64,000 bases of DNA. It comes from Flavobacteriales bacterium (lineage in GTDB: Bacteria > Bacteroidota > Bacteroidia > Flavobacteriales > BACL11). The notes beneath the pieces are model-generated. The model had not been told where the DNA came from, searched no databases, and worked only from the letters and a program-made list of their open reading frames with translations. Positions 46,786 to 56,947 of this stretch are shown piece by piece; position 1 is the first letter of the stretch, and each line of letters opens with the position of its first letter. The stretch is taken from positions 1,572,528-1,636,527 of the forward strand of contig OZ238992.1 of NCBI GenBank assembly GCA_965183885.1, written 5' to 3'. The position numbers and the translations under genes were made by a program.

Positions 46786-47391
46786 TTAAACTTTAACATT
46801 ATAAAGATAATCAGCACTTTCAGGACCTAAATTAAAGAGCAAATCCAAAATAGAGAGGTTGGGAATAAAACCATGTTTTTCCATAAATACTTGGTCGTAT
46901 TGCTTTTGGTTTTTTAGTTTCCAATGGTAGTTTCTTAAGTCAGAAAAATTACCTTCATGTACATATTCCTGTGTGGGTTTTGTTGTGTTTTCTTCTTGTA
47001 AAAGCTTAAGTGTTATTTCTTGTAGCTTACTGTTAAAATCTACTAAGTACTCTTCTTGCTTCTCAAAAAAAGGCTGTAATTCATCCTTGTAATATTCAAA
47101 ATAAGGGGAGGAGTTGTATGCTGATTGTATCGCATTCCAATGCTCTTTTTGCCAATTTTGTTTGTAGGATATTTTTATGTTTTTTATAAGAGTTTTACTG
47201 CTTCCTTTTCGTTCTTTAGGAATAGTAAGTCGTAATTTTCCATTGGCACCATAAATTTCACATCTGTTACGGATGCTTTGCTTTACAAAATGTTCGTATA
47301 GTTCAATAGTGCAATTTGGGTGTTTTAGCAGTATTGCGTAGTAGGAAATAGGTGCTAAATATGCAGTAGGAAGTAAAGGGTTATTTAACAC
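46786..47391 (-). CDS. WbqC-like family protein
   Basis: KQS.RNRC.I, W...HW....AY..SPYFEYY, Y.QVF..F.PNLSILDLLFN.GP. Confidence 0.9.
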   Translation of the reverse strand: MLNNPLLPTAYLAPISYYAILLKHPNCTIELYEHFVKQSIRNRCEIYGANGKLRLTIPKERKGSSKTLIKNIKISYKQNWQKEHWNAIQSAYNSSPYFEYYKDELQPFFEKQEEYLVDFNSKLQEITLKLLQEENTTKPTQEYVHEGNFSDLRNYHWKLKNQKQYDQVFMEKHGFIPNLSILDLLFNLGPESADYLYNVKV

Positions 47392-48643
47392 TTCTAAATA
47401 ATCTGTTCCATCTTATTTTCTTCAATCCTTTTGCGTTTTTATCCCAACTCATCCAAACGAAAAGTGCTTTTCCAACAATATGGTTTTCAGGAACAAATCC
47501 CCACATTCTGCTATCTGCTGAATTGTGCCTGTTGTCTCCCATCATCCAAAAATAGTCCATAGCAAAAGTATAAGTATTGCTTAGCGTATCATTGATGTAA
47601 ATTTCACCTTCTATAACTTCTAATTTATTATTTTCATAACGCTCAATAATATCTTTGTAAAGAGGAAGGTTTGTTGTAGTAAGGTCAATAGTTGTTCCAG
47701 CAGCAGGAACAGTTATAGGGCCATAATTATCTACATTCCAATTATGGTTTTTGTTATGCGGAAAGATATTAGAGGAATATTGTCCTGCTTTTTCTATTTG
47801 CTTGTTAACAGCAGTAACATTTGGAAATTGTTGTATGGCATCCTTACTAGCATCAGTAAGGTTTAAAATATATTCATTTTGGTTACGACCATATCCACCT
47901 TCAGTGATGTCATATTTTTCATATAAGATATTAGGATTTAAACCAGCCCCTTTTGTGCTTACATCATATTTCCATTGTTTTTTCATGCCTTCAGGTTCTT
48001 CTTGAGGAGCATCATTAACCATTAGCTGAGCATTTACAACTTCTATTTTATCACCAGGAATTCCTACACATCTTTTTACATAGTTTTCCTTTTTATCAAC
48101 TGGCCTTCCAAGAGTTTCAGCAGGGTAATTAAATACGACACAATCGTTTCTTTCAATACCTCCTAAGCCTTTCATACGATGGTAAGGTAACTTTACAGAT
48201 TCAGTATATGATTTTCCTCCTACAACTGGCATAGTATGGTGTACAAGTGGAAAAGCAACAGGAGTCATAGGAACTCTTGGTCCGTAACTTACCTTGCTTA
48301 CAAATAGAAAATCACCAATAAGCATTGATTTTTCCATTGATGAAGTAGGGATAGTATAAGCTTCGATAAGGAAAGTACGTAATAGGGTAGCAGCTATAAC
48401 TGCAAAACCAATAGCATCAATCCAACTTCTTACTTCAGTTTTTTTCTTTTTAGGTTTCTTTACTCTTTTTTTCCAGAAGGTATAGTTAAAGGTTTTCCAG
48501 AATAAAAAATCTGCAACAAATAAAGGAATAAAGTATAACCATTCACCTTCTATTAAATAAATAAATGCCGTCCAAGCAATGGCAAATATTATAAATGCTA
48601 CTATTTTAAAGAATTTCCCTAATTGTTCTTTTATTTTTTTCAT
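47381..48643 (-). CDS. lepB: Signal peptidase I
   Basis: IPTSSME (catalytic Ser), GDFLFVSK, YVKRC (catalytic Lys), MGDNRHNS.DSR.WGFVP. Confidence 0.95.
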   Translation of the reverse strand: MKKIKEQLGKFFKIVAFIIFAIAWTAFIYLIEGEWLYFIPLFVADFLFWKTFNYTFWKKRVKKPKKKKTEVRSWIDAIGFAVIAATLLRTFLIEAYTIPTSSMEKSMLIGDFLFVSKVSYGPRVPMTPVAFPLVHHTMPVVGGKSYTESVKLPYHRMKGLGGIERNDCVVFNYPAETLGRPVDKKENYVKRCVGIPGDKIEVVNAQLMVNDAPQEEPEGMKKQWKYDVSTKGAGLNPNILYEKYDITEGGYGRNQNEYILNLTDASKDAIQQFPNVTAVNKQIEKAGQYSSNIFPHNKNHNWNVDNYGPITVPAAGTTIDLTTTNLPLYKDIIERYENNKLEVIEGEIYINDTLSNTYTFAMDYFWMMGDNRHNSADSRMWGFVPENHIVGKALFVWMSWDKNAKGLKKIRWNRLFRSVK

Positions 48644-48670
48644 ATTCTATTTTAACGCTTTTTTTATTTT

Positions 48671-49339
48671 TTATTGTGCAAGTACATCTTTCATACTAAA
48701 GATGCCTTTTTTACCTACAATCCATTCTGCTGCAATAAGTGCACCCATAGCAAAACCATCACGATTTTTTGCAGTATGTTTTATTTCTATTTCATCAACT
48801 AATGAGTCGTATTTTATGATGTGTGTTCCAGGAACATCTCCAATTCTTTCAGCAGTAATTGCTGTGGTATTATTTAATACTTCATCCATTTGCTCTCCTA
48901 AAGTTTTGGCAGTTCCACTAGGGGAATCTAATTTTTTGGTATGATGAATTTCATGAAGACTACTTTTGTAATTATGATTTTTCATCAGCTTAGCTAAGAT
49001 TTTATTGAGCTCAAAAAATAGGTTTACCCCTAAGCTAAAGTTAGAAGCGTAAAGAAATGCTCCTTTTTTAGCTGTACATAAAGCTTCAATTTTATCTAGT
49101 TGGTTTAGCCATCCTGTGGTGCCCGAAATAATAGGGATGCCGTTGTTTATTGCATGACTAATGTTTGTAACAGCAGTAGTTGGGATGCTAAAATCAATAG
49201 CAACATCAGCCTTACTTAAATCTAGCGTTTCTGCTGGTTGTTTACTTGATGAAGTAAGGATAATTGTATGTCCTCTTTCAATGGCAAGTTCGCTAATGCG
49301 TTTCCCCATTCTTCCATTACCTAAAATTGCAATTTTCAT
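48671..49339 (-). CDS. dapB: 4-hydroxy-tetrahydrodipicolinate reductase
   Basis: G.GRMG, IDFS, SGTTG, ASNFSLG, EIHH..K.DSPSGTA. Confidence 0.95.
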   Translation of the reverse strand: MKIAILGNGRMGKRISELAIERGHTIILTSSSKQPAETLDLSKADVAIDFSIPTTAVTNISHAINNGIPIISGTTGWLNQLDKIEALCTAKKGAFLYASNFSLGVNLFFELNKILAKLMKNHNYKSSLHEIHHTKKLDSPSGTAKTLGEQMDEVLNNTTAITAERIGDVPGTHIIKYDSLVDEIEIKHTAKNRDGFAMGALIAAEWIVGKKGIFSMKDVLAQ

Positions 49340-49348
49340 TTGGCAAAT

Positions 49349-49852
49349 TTATAATTTAAATGATAAGGAAAGACCGCTTGCATTTTCTTTTGCCATATAG
49401 ACAGGTTGTATGCGAAGGCTAATGTCTTCACTTACATCATACTCAAATAGATGAGCGCTTACAGAGGCATCAACAATATTAAGGATGTAAGTCATTGTAA
49501 ACAGTAAGGCAGATATTTCTCTATTCCTTCTGGAAAGATCAATAGCTTCCCTAAGTTGAGCATCAGTATAGTTAATATTGTCTGAATTGTCTCCTGCTAT
49601 TCTGTTAAGATAAGCATCTTTGTAGTGGTTGTAGTAATCATTACTTTCCTTAAAGTAATAGGCAGATGTAGCTAGTCCTGCATAAATGATAGGAATTTTC
49701 CAGTATTTTTCAGCGTATACTTGTCCTGCTCCTGGGATAATTGCAGAATATAAACCTGCTTTCTTTGGTACTTTTACAGCAGACTCTTGAGCTGAAGCTG
49801 TAAAGGTATAAAGTAGTAATATACTGAGGATAATTTTTTTCAAATTCAACAC
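49349..49852 (-). CDS. DUF5683-type membrane protein
   Basis: SAIIPGAGQ.Y..YWKIPIIY, LNIVDA.V.AHL; usual position between parB and dapB. Confidence 0.82.
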   Translation of the reverse strand: MLNLKKIILSILLLYTFTASAQESAVKVPKKAGLYSAIIPGAGQVYAEKYWKIPIIYAGLATSAYYFKESNDYYNHYKDAYLNRIAGDNSDNINYTDAQLREAIDLSRRNREISALLFTMTYILNIVDASVSAHLFEYDVSEDISLRIQPVYMAKENASGLSLSFKL

Positions 49853-49854
49853 TT

Positions 49855-50766
49855 TTAGCTATTTATAATTTCAAATATTTTGGCTAAATCTTCATCATTG
49901 TTAAAAGGAATAATGAGTTTTCCTTTTCCTTTTTTATTTCTTTTTAATTCTACTTCTTTATCTAGGTTTCTGGATAAATCATGTACTAACTTTTGTTGGG
50001 CAAAAGGTAGTGGGTTTGCAGTTGTTGTTTTCTTAACTTTTGAAGTTCTTTTGTAAGTACTGTTAGAAAACTCTTTTACTATTTGTTCTACCTCTCTAAC
50101 AGAATAACCATTAGCAATAGCATCATTATAGATGTTGAGTTGCGTGTCTTTATTTTTAACATTAATTAAGGCTCTAGCATGCCCAGTACTAATAAGACCT
50201 TCAGATAATCCTTTTTGGATTTCAACAGGAAGCTTTAATAAACGTAAGAAATTGGTTACAGTAGTTCTGTTTTTTCCTACACGCTCGCTACACTTTTCTT
50301 GGGTTAGCCCCAGCTCATCAATTAGTCTTTGGTAGGATAAGGCTACTTCAATAGGGTTAAGTTGTTCTCTTTGTATATTCTCAACCAAGGCCATCTCAAG
50401 CATTTCTTGGTCATTTGCAATACGAACATAAGCAGGAATTTTACTAAGTCCTGCTAATTGAGAAGCTCTAAATCTTCTTTCTCCAGAAATTAGTTGGTAT
50501 TTATTATAACCTAGCTTACGAACGGTTATAGGTTGTATAATTCCTAATTGCTCAATAGATGCTGATAGTTCGTGTAACCTTTCTTGGTCAAACTCAGTTC
50601 TTGGCTGAAAGGGATTAGTTTCAATTTCACTTATCAGAATTTCATGTGTTTGTCCCGTAGCTAAGTCTTTATTTTCTTTTGGGTTTTCAGTAGAAATGTT
50701 AGTAGTGTTATTGCTGCCTAATATTGCAGAAAGTCCTTTTCCTAATGATCCTTTTTTCTTTGTCAT
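49855..50766 (-). CDS. parB: Chromosome partitioning protein ParB
   Basis: LGKGLSA, NPFQPR..F, GIIQP, GERR.RA, ALVEN.QRE.LNPIE, GHARAL. Confidence 0.96.
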   Translation of the reverse strand: MTKKKGSLGKGLSAILGSNNTTNISTENPKENKDLATGQTHEILISEIETNPFQPRTEFDQERLHELSASIEQLGIIQPITVRKLGYNKYQLISGERRFRASQLAGLSKIPAYVRIANDQEMLEMALVENIQREQLNPIEVALSYQRLIDELGLTQEKCSERVGKNRTTVTNFLRLLKLPVEIQKGLSEGLISTGHARALINVKNKDTQLNIYNDAIANGYSVREVEQIVKEFSNSTYKRTSKVKKTTTANPLPFAQQKLVHDLSRNLDKEVELKRNKKGKGKLIIPFNNDEDLAKIFEIINS

Positions 50767-50770
50767 ACTA

Positions 50771-51553
50771 TTATATTTCTGCCGTTACAGGTTCTAATTT
50801 TTTTAATAATTCATTAGCTAAGTTTAGGTAGTTTATCGCTCCTTTACTTGCAGCATCATGTATTACAATTGTTTCTCCATAAGAAGGTGATTCTCCTAAG
50901 CGTACATTTCTATGAATTATTGTCTTAAATACCATATCTTGGAAATGTGTTTTTACTTCTTCAACTACTTGGTTTGATAATCGTAAACGAGTATCGTACA
51001 TAGTAAGTAGTAAGCCTTCAATAATTAAATCATTATTTAGCCTTTGTTGCACAATTTTTATGGTGTTTAATAATTTCCCTAATCCTTCTAGAGCAAAATA
51101 TTCACATTGAATAGGGATAATTACTGCATCGGAAGCTGCTAGGGCATTTAAAGTAAGTAATCCTAAAGATGGTGCGCAATCAATAATAATATAGTCGTAA
51201 TCATCACGAATAGAAGCAAGTACTTTTTTCATTCGGTACTCACGCTCTTCTAAATCTACAAGCTCTAGTTCAGCTCCAACTAAATCAATATTTGCAGGTA
51301 ATAAATCAAGGTTTGGGCTTTTTGTAGTTACAATTGAGTTTTTAGCTGTTGTAGACCCGATTAAGCATTCGTATATTCCATTCTTAATCTCTCTTGGGTC
51401 GTGTCCTACTCCTGATGTGGCATTAGCTTGAGGATCAGCATCAATTAATAATATTTTCTTTTCTAAAACCCCTAAACTTCCAGCCAAATTCATAGCAGTA
51501 GTAGTTTTTCCTACTCCTCCTTTTTGATTTGCTATAGCTATTATTCTTCCCAT
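50771..51553 (-). CDS. parA: Chromosome partitioning ATPase ParA/Soj
   Basis: NQKGGVGKTT, D.DPQANATSG, IDC.PSLG, QCEYFALEG. Confidence 0.96.
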   Translation of the reverse strand: MGRIIAIANQKGGVGKTTTAMNLAGSLGVLEKKILLIDADPQANATSGVGHDPREIKNGIYECLIGSTTAKNSIVTTKSPNLDLLPANIDLVGAELELVDLEEREYRMKKVLASIRDDYDYIIIDCAPSLGLLTLNALAASDAVIIPIQCEYFALEGLGKLLNTIKIVQQRLNNDLIIEGLLLTMYDTRLRLSNQVVEEVKTHFQDMVFKTIIHRNVRLGESPSYGETIVIHDAASKGAINYLNLANELLKKLEPVTAEI

Positions 51554-51788
51554 TTATAGTGTTGTTTTTTTACGGCTATAAAAGTAGTATGCAAAGCTTT
51601 AAAATCAATTTTCTTTTAATGCTGAATTATCAACAAAAAATAGGAGTTGTTAAGAAAAAATAAGGCTTTTAGTTGTTTTGTAAAAATAAGATAAGAGCTA
51701 AATAGTATAAAATTATAGTGTTGATTTTTAAGAGTTAAAATAGAATTTTAATACTTAAAAGAATAGTTTTTTTGTATGTGTTTGAGGT

Positions 51789-52151
51789 TTACTCGTCTCC
51801 TAAATCATCAAAACTTACTTCTGTGAAATCAGTAGAAGGTAGGTCTTTTGTTTCATCTTTTGCTTCAGTTTTAGGAGCTTTTTCAGAAATGATGTCTTCT
51901 CCTTTTTCTTTAATGATATAATCACTCACTTCAGCAAGGGCATCTTTAAAATTAGAAAAATCTTCTTTATAGAGGTATATTTTGTGTTTTTTGTAAAATG
52001 GTGTTCCATCTTCATTAAAGTCTCTTTTACTCTCAGTAATCGTTAGGTAATAGTCTTCTGCCTTTGTTGATCTTACATCAAAAAAGTAAGTTCTTCTCCC
52101 TGCACGAATCGATTTTGAAAAAATATCTTCCATATCTCTCTTGTCCGCCAT
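51789..52151 (-). CDS. DUF3276 / PUR-alpha-like nucleic acid-binding protein
   Basis: IFSKSIRAGRRTYFFDV...DYYLTITESK...KHKIYLYKEDF; acidic tail. Confidence 0.9.
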   Translation of the reverse strand: MADKRDMEDIFSKSIRAGRRTYFFDVRSTKAEDYYLTITESKRDFNEDGTPFYKKHKIYLYKEDFSNFKDALAEVSDYIIKEKGEDIISEKAPKTEAKDETKDLPSTDFTEVSFDDLGDE

Positions 52152-52252
52152 CTGTAATTTTTTAGCTGATTTATATTAAAGCCAAATATACTAAAAAAAT
52201 GGATATGTAGTTTTTGCAGTTAATAAGCTAAGAAATTATTAGTAGTAGCTTG

Positions 52253-54004
52253 TTACTCTATGTTATTTTGACTTTGATGCATTTGCTGGTAGAATCCTTC
52301 AGATTTTAATAGTTCTTGATGGTTTCCTTTTTCTGTTATCTTTCCTTTGTCCATTACAATAATTTGGTTTGCATCCTTTATGCTTGCAACTCTATGGCTT
52401 ATGATAATACTAGTTTTATTTTTAGTTTCTAGTTTTAAATTATGAAGTATCTTTTGTTCTTTATTTGCATCAATAGCCGATAAACAATCATCAAAAATAT
52501 ATAAATCAGGATTTTTGTAAAAAGTTCGAGCAATAGCTAGTCTTTGTCTTTGTCCTCCAGATAGTTGTATGCCTCTTTCCCCAATAACAGTATCAAACCC
52601 ATCATTAAAATTATTTATTTCATCAAGTATTTCTGCTTTTCTTGCAGCTTCTATTATTTTATCTTCATTAATTGTATTGCTTGAAAAAGCAATATTTTCT
52701 TTTATAGTTCCTGAGAATAAGTATCCATCTTGAGGAACATATCCAATTGCAGTACGAAGGTTGTTTAAATTTAAGTTTTGAATTTGGGTTTCTCTAAAGG
52801 TTATTGTTCCGTTTGTAGTGTCATAGAGTCGGCAAATTAAATTTGCAATAGTTGTTTTTCCACTACCTGTTTTCCCAAATATTCCTAAAGTTTTACCCTC
52901 ATTTATTGTAAAGTTGATACTGTTTAGGGCTTGGATGTTAGTGTCATCATAGCGTAAACTAACATTGTTAAATTTAATATCTCCCTTTATAGGGGTGTCT
53001 TCTTTTGCAGTGTTTTTAATCTTAGGAGTTAAGTGTAGAAATTTATTGATTCTTTCTTGTGATGCAGCTGCTCGTTGTATTAGTGATGTAATCCACCCTA
53101 TAGAAGCAACTGGCCAAGCTAACATATTTACATAGATAATGAACTCGGCAATATTTCCAGTACTAATATTTCCTTTAAAACTTTCAAGTCCCCCAATATA
53201 AACGGTAAGCACTGTGCTAAAGCCTATCATTGTAATAATTAATGGAAAAAATAAAGCTTCAACTTTTACTAAGTGTAGTTGTTTTTGAGTGTATTTTCTG
53301 CAGCTATTAATAAACTGAATCCATGCATTTTTCTCATTAGTAAATGCTTTAGTAATTTGTATTCCTGAAAAGGTTTCTTGTGCTATAGTTGTAATTTCAG
53401 AAAGTTGGGCTTGTACTTTTTCACTTTTTTTATTAATATTATTACTCACGAAATAGACTGATATAGCAAGGAATGGTAAAGGTAAAAGAACATAAAAAGT
53501 AAGAGTAGGGCTAATGCTTATCATTTTGCTAATTACTAATGAAAATAGGACTACAATGTTAATAGCATACATTAGTGCTGGACCTAAATACATTCTTACT
53601 TTACTTACATCTTCAGATATTCTATTCATTAAGTCACCTGTTTTATTCTTTTTATAAAACGAAATGCTTAGTTCCTGATACTTTTTGTAAATCTCATTTT
53701 TAAGATCGTATTCTATTTTTCGAGACATAACAATAATTGTTTGTCGCATAAAGTACATAAATACTCCTTTTAGTAAAGCAAAAGCAACAATAAGGCTGCC
53801 GTATTTTAGTAATGTAATTCGGGTGCTTGATATTGCATTTTCTTCTTGAGTATTTATAGCCTCAATAATAGCATCAAAAGCTTTACGAACAAATTCCGCA
53901 GGGTAAATAGCAAAAAGATTAGCAACTACAATTAAGAAAGCACCAATACTTAGTAGTTTGCGATATTTCCAAAAAAATTTATTGAGATAAAATAAGTGTT
54001 TCAT
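52253..54004 (-). CDS. ABC exporter half-transporter (MdlA-like, degenerate Walker B)
   Basis: TM domain, GKTGSGKT, LSGGQRQR, FDDCLSAID. Confidence 0.92.
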   Translation of the reverse strand: MKHLFYLNKFFWKYRKLLSIGAFLIVVANLFAIYPAEFVRKAFDAIIEAINTQEENAISSTRITLLKYGSLIVAFALLKGVFMYFMRQTIIVMSRKIEYDLKNEIYKKYQELSISFYKKNKTGDLMNRISEDVSKVRMYLGPALMYAINIVVLFSLVISKMISISPTLTFYVLLPLPFLAISVYFVSNNINKKSEKVQAQLSEITTIAQETFSGIQITKAFTNEKNAWIQFINSCRKYTQKQLHLVKVEALFFPLIITMIGFSTVLTVYIGGLESFKGNISTGNIAEFIIYVNMLAWPVASIGWITSLIQRAAASQERINKFLHLTPKIKNTAKEDTPIKGDIKFNNVSLRYDDTNIQALNSINFTINEGKTLGIFGKTGSGKTTIANLICRLYDTTNGTITFRETQIQNLNLNNLRTAIGYVPQDGYLFSGTIKENIAFSSNTINEDKIIEAARKAEILDEINNFNDGFDTVIGERGIQLSGGQRQRLAIARTFYKNPDLYIFDDCLSAIDANKEQKILHNLKLETKNKTSIIISHRVASIKDANQIIVMDKGKITEKGNHQELLKSEGFYQQMHQSQNNIE

Positions 54005-54130
54005 TAATTGGTGTACTAGTTTAATAGGAAAGCCAAAAATAATAAGTAAATTCGCGACCCATTTAAAATATAGAAAAAATATTATTTTAAAAAGGATTAT
54101 CTGATTAGAGAATATAATTTAAGAAGCAAT

Positions 54131-55222
54131 ATGATAGCAGAAAAGACAGGAATAACAGAGACTAATAACGGTTTAGTAGTTGGAAAAATGAGTTTGATGG
54201 GGCATGAACAAGTAGTTTTTTGCCAAGATAAGGAAACTGGACTAAAAGCAATTATTGCTATACATAACACTACATTAGGTCCTGCATTAGGAGGAACAAG
54301 AATGTGGGATTATGATAATGAAGGCCAAGCTATTGAGGATGTTTTAAGATTATCAAGAGGAATGTCGTTTAAAGCTGCAATTTCTGGTTTGGAATTAGGT
54401 GGTGGTAAGGCTGTAATTATAGGTGATGCTAAAACTGAAAAGACGGAAGCTTTAATGCGTAAGTTTGGTGAGTTTGTTGATAGTTTAGGAGGTAAGTATA
54501 TTACAGCAGAAGATGTAGGAATGAGTACTAAGGATATGGAGTATGTGCGTATGGAAACAAAGCATGTTACTGGAATTCCAGAGAGTATGGGAGGTAGTGG
54601 AGACCCTTCTCCTGTAACAGCATTTGGAGTATATATGGGAATGAAAGCATCTGCAAAATACAAATGGGGTAGTGATAACTTAGATGGAAAAACTGTAGTT
54701 GTTCAAGGTATAGGTCATGTAGGAGAAAACCTTGTAAAACATCTTTCTGAAGAAGGAGCAAAAGTAATTATTAACGATATTAACGAAGTAAGATTGGCTG
54801 AACTAGCTGAGCAATATGGAGCTGAGATTGTTATGGGAGATGCTATTTTTGATTTAGATATGGATATTTATGCTCCTTGTGCTTTAGGTGCAACAGTAAA
54901 TCCTAATACTATTTCTCGTTTAAAGTGTGAAATTATTGCTGGAGCAGCAAATAACCAGTTAGCTGATGAAAATAGAGATGGACAGTTATGTGCAGATAAA
55001 GGCATTATTTATGCTCCTGATTTCTTAATTAATGCTGGAGGGTTAATTAATGTATATTCTGAAATTAAAGGATATGATAGAGAGCATTCAATAAATCAAA
55101 CAAGAGAGATTTATAATACTACTCTTGAGATATTAAAGAAAGCTGAGATGGATGGAATAACAACTCATGCAGCTGCTTTAGAGATTGCTGAGCAAAGAAT
55201 TGCTGATAGAAAGAATCAATAA
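54131..55222 (+). CDS. Leucine dehydrogenase (Glu/Leu/Phe/Val dehydrogenase family)
   Basis: GPALGGTRM, GGGKAVI, YITAEDVG, GDPSP.TA.GV, PCALG, GAANNQL, INAGG. Confidence 0.93.
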   Translation: MIAEKTGITETNNGLVVGKMSLMGHEQVVFCQDKETGLKAIIAIHNTTLGPALGGTRMWDYDNEGQAIEDVLRLSRGMSFKAAISGLELGGGKAVIIGDAKTEKTEALMRKFGEFVDSLGGKYITAEDVGMSTKDMEYVRMETKHVTGIPESMGGSGDPSPVTAFGVYMGMKASAKYKWGSDNLDGKTVVVQGIGHVGENLVKHLSEEGAKVIINDINEVRLAELAEQYGAEIVMGDAIFDLDMDIYAPCALGATVNPNTISRLKCEIIAGAANNQLADENRDGQLCADKGIIYAPDFLINAGGLINVYSEIKGYDREHSINQTREIYNTTLEILKKAEMDGITTHAAALEIAEQRIADRKNQ

Positions 55223-55224
55223 GT

Positions 55225-56154
55225 ATGCTAAGTAGAAGACATATTAGATTAAAAGTGATGCAATCTTTATATGCTTATTTTTCAGCAAAGGATAATAATA
55301 TGCCTGTTGCTGAAAGAGCAATGTTAAAGCATATAGAGGAGGTTGTAGAATTAAATTTAGTAGTTATTGCACTTATGGTAGAGTTGGTGAAATATGCTGA
55401 TAATTTCATGGATGATGGAAAGAAAAAGCATTTACCTACTGAAGCTGATTTAATGCCTAAAAGGCGTTTTGTTGATAATGACTTAATTCACTTACTTAGA
55501 GGAGATGCTGCTTTAATGGATAAAGTGAGTAAGGTATCTGGTATTTGGTTAAAAAATGATCATGATATAGTTCGTAAATTATTTAAAGACCTTTATCAAT
55601 CAGAATTGTATAAGAACTATGTTAATAATGAAAATACAAATATTGATATTGATCAGAAGTTTTTTGTAAATGCACTAAATGATATTATCCTTAATAATGA
55701 ATTAGTACACCATATAATAGAAGAAAGAAGTATCTATTGGACTGATGATTTACCATTTGTTGCCACTATTATTATGGGACATCTTAAAACAAAAGGGAAT
55801 ATGAACCCTAAAGGAGTGTTTAAGGATAATACTGATAAAGAATTTGCTTTAAAATTATTTAGAAATACCATAAATAACAATAAAGAATACGAAGGTATTA
55901 TTGTAAAGTTTGCAAAAAACTGGGAACTAGATCGTATTGCAATAATGGACCAGTTATTCTTAAAAATGGCTTTTGCAGAGATATTAAGTATGGAAGATTT
56001 GCCTGTTAAAGTTTCTATGAATGAGTATATTGAAATTGCAAAGTATTATAGTACTCCTAAGAGTAAACTCTTTGTTAATGGTCTTTTAGATAATGCAGTA
56101 AGGTCTTTTACTAAGGAAGGGAAAATTAAAAAGATAGGTAGAGGCTTAATCTAA
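55225..56154 (+). CDS. nusB: Transcription antitermination factor NusB (Bacteroidota long form)
   Basis: MLSRRHIRLKVMQ.LYA; NW..DRIA.MD; P.KV..NEYIEIAK.YS..KS..FVNG.LD. Confidence 0.93.
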   Translation: MLSRRHIRLKVMQSLYAYFSAKDNNMPVAERAMLKHIEEVVELNLVVIALMVELVKYADNFMDDGKKKHLPTEADLMPKRRFVDNDLIHLLRGDAALMDKVSKVSGIWLKNDHDIVRKLFKDLYQSELYKNYVNNENTNIDIDQKFFVNALNDIILNNELVHHIIEERSIYWTDDLPFVATIIMGHLKTKGNMNPKGVFKDNTDKEFALKLFRNTINNNKEYEGIIVKFAKNWELDRIAIMDQLFLKMAFAEILSMEDLPVKVSMNEYIEIAKYYSTPKSKLFVNGLLDNAVRSFTKEGKIKKIGRGLI

Positions 56155-56188
56155 AAGATTATCTTTAATTTTGAAATCAAAAATAAAA

Positions 56189-56647
56189 ATGTTAAGATTT
56201 ACATATATTATAATATTAGCAGTTCTTGTTGGGTGTAGTAATTCTCCTTCAGAAGGAAAAAGTATAACAACTGATTTAGTAAGTAGTCCTTTGTCAGCTA
56301 GTAGTAAAGCGGTTAAGGTTGATGTTCCTGAAATTGAGATGGAAGAAGTTGAATTTAACTTTGGAGAGCTAGTACAGGGTGAGTCTGTAACTCATGACTT
56401 TATTCTTAAAAATGTAGGAGAAGGAGCGTTAATAATAAGTGCAGCAAAAGGAAGTTGTGGATGTACTGTTCCTCAATGGCCAAAAGAGCCTATTGCACAA
56501 GGAGAAGAAGCTATAATTAAAGTGACTTTTAATAGTGTTTCAAAACAAGGGAAACAAAGAAAGACAGTAACCTTGGTAACCAATGCGATACCAAATACTA
56601 AAGTATTAACAATAAGCGGGAATATAATTGTTCCTGAAAATAAATAA
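56189..56647 (+). CDS. DUF1573 domain lipoprotein
   Basis: Lipobox LVGC; F.FG....H.F..KN.G..L.I....SCGCT.P; ATG 56189 lies downstream of TAATTTTG at 56166-56173. Confidence 0.88.
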   Translation: MLRFTYIIILAVLVGCSNSPSEGKSITTDLVSSPLSASSKAVKVDVPEIEMEEVEFNFGELVQGESVTHDFILKNVGEGALIISAAKGSCGCTVPQWPKEPIAQGEEAIIKVTFNSVSKQGKQRKTVTLVTNAIPNTKVLTISGNIIVPENK

Positions 56648-56650
56648 ATT

Positions 56651-56947
56651 ATGATAATATTACAAGCATCAAGTACAGGTATGTCCTCATTAATTATGTT
56701 CGGTATGATATTTGCCGTAATGTACTTTTTTATGATTCGTCCACAAATAAAGAAACAAAAGAAAGAACGTGAATACCGTTCAGCATTACAAAAAGGTGAT
56801 GATGTAATTACTATTGGTGGTGTTTATGGTAAAATTACTGATGTAAAAGAAGATGCTTTTATTATTGAAGTGCATGGAGGATCTAAGTTAAAAGTTTTAA
56901 AAACTGCAGTGTCAATGAATGGTGATGCTACTATAGAGCAGAAATAA
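56651..56947 (+). CDS. yajC: Preprotein translocase subunit YajC
   Basis: YFFMIRPQ.KK.K, L.KGD.V.TIGG..G.I. Confidence 0.95.
   Translation: MIILQASSTGMSSLIMFGMIFAVMYFFMIRPQIKKQKKEREYRSALQKGDDVITIGGVYGKITDVKEDAFIIEVHGGSKLKVLKTAVSMNGDATIEQK

Noticed and set aside
49855-51788. parS palindrome near parAB
   Set aside because: No TGTTTCACGTGAAACA-like sequence found by eye.
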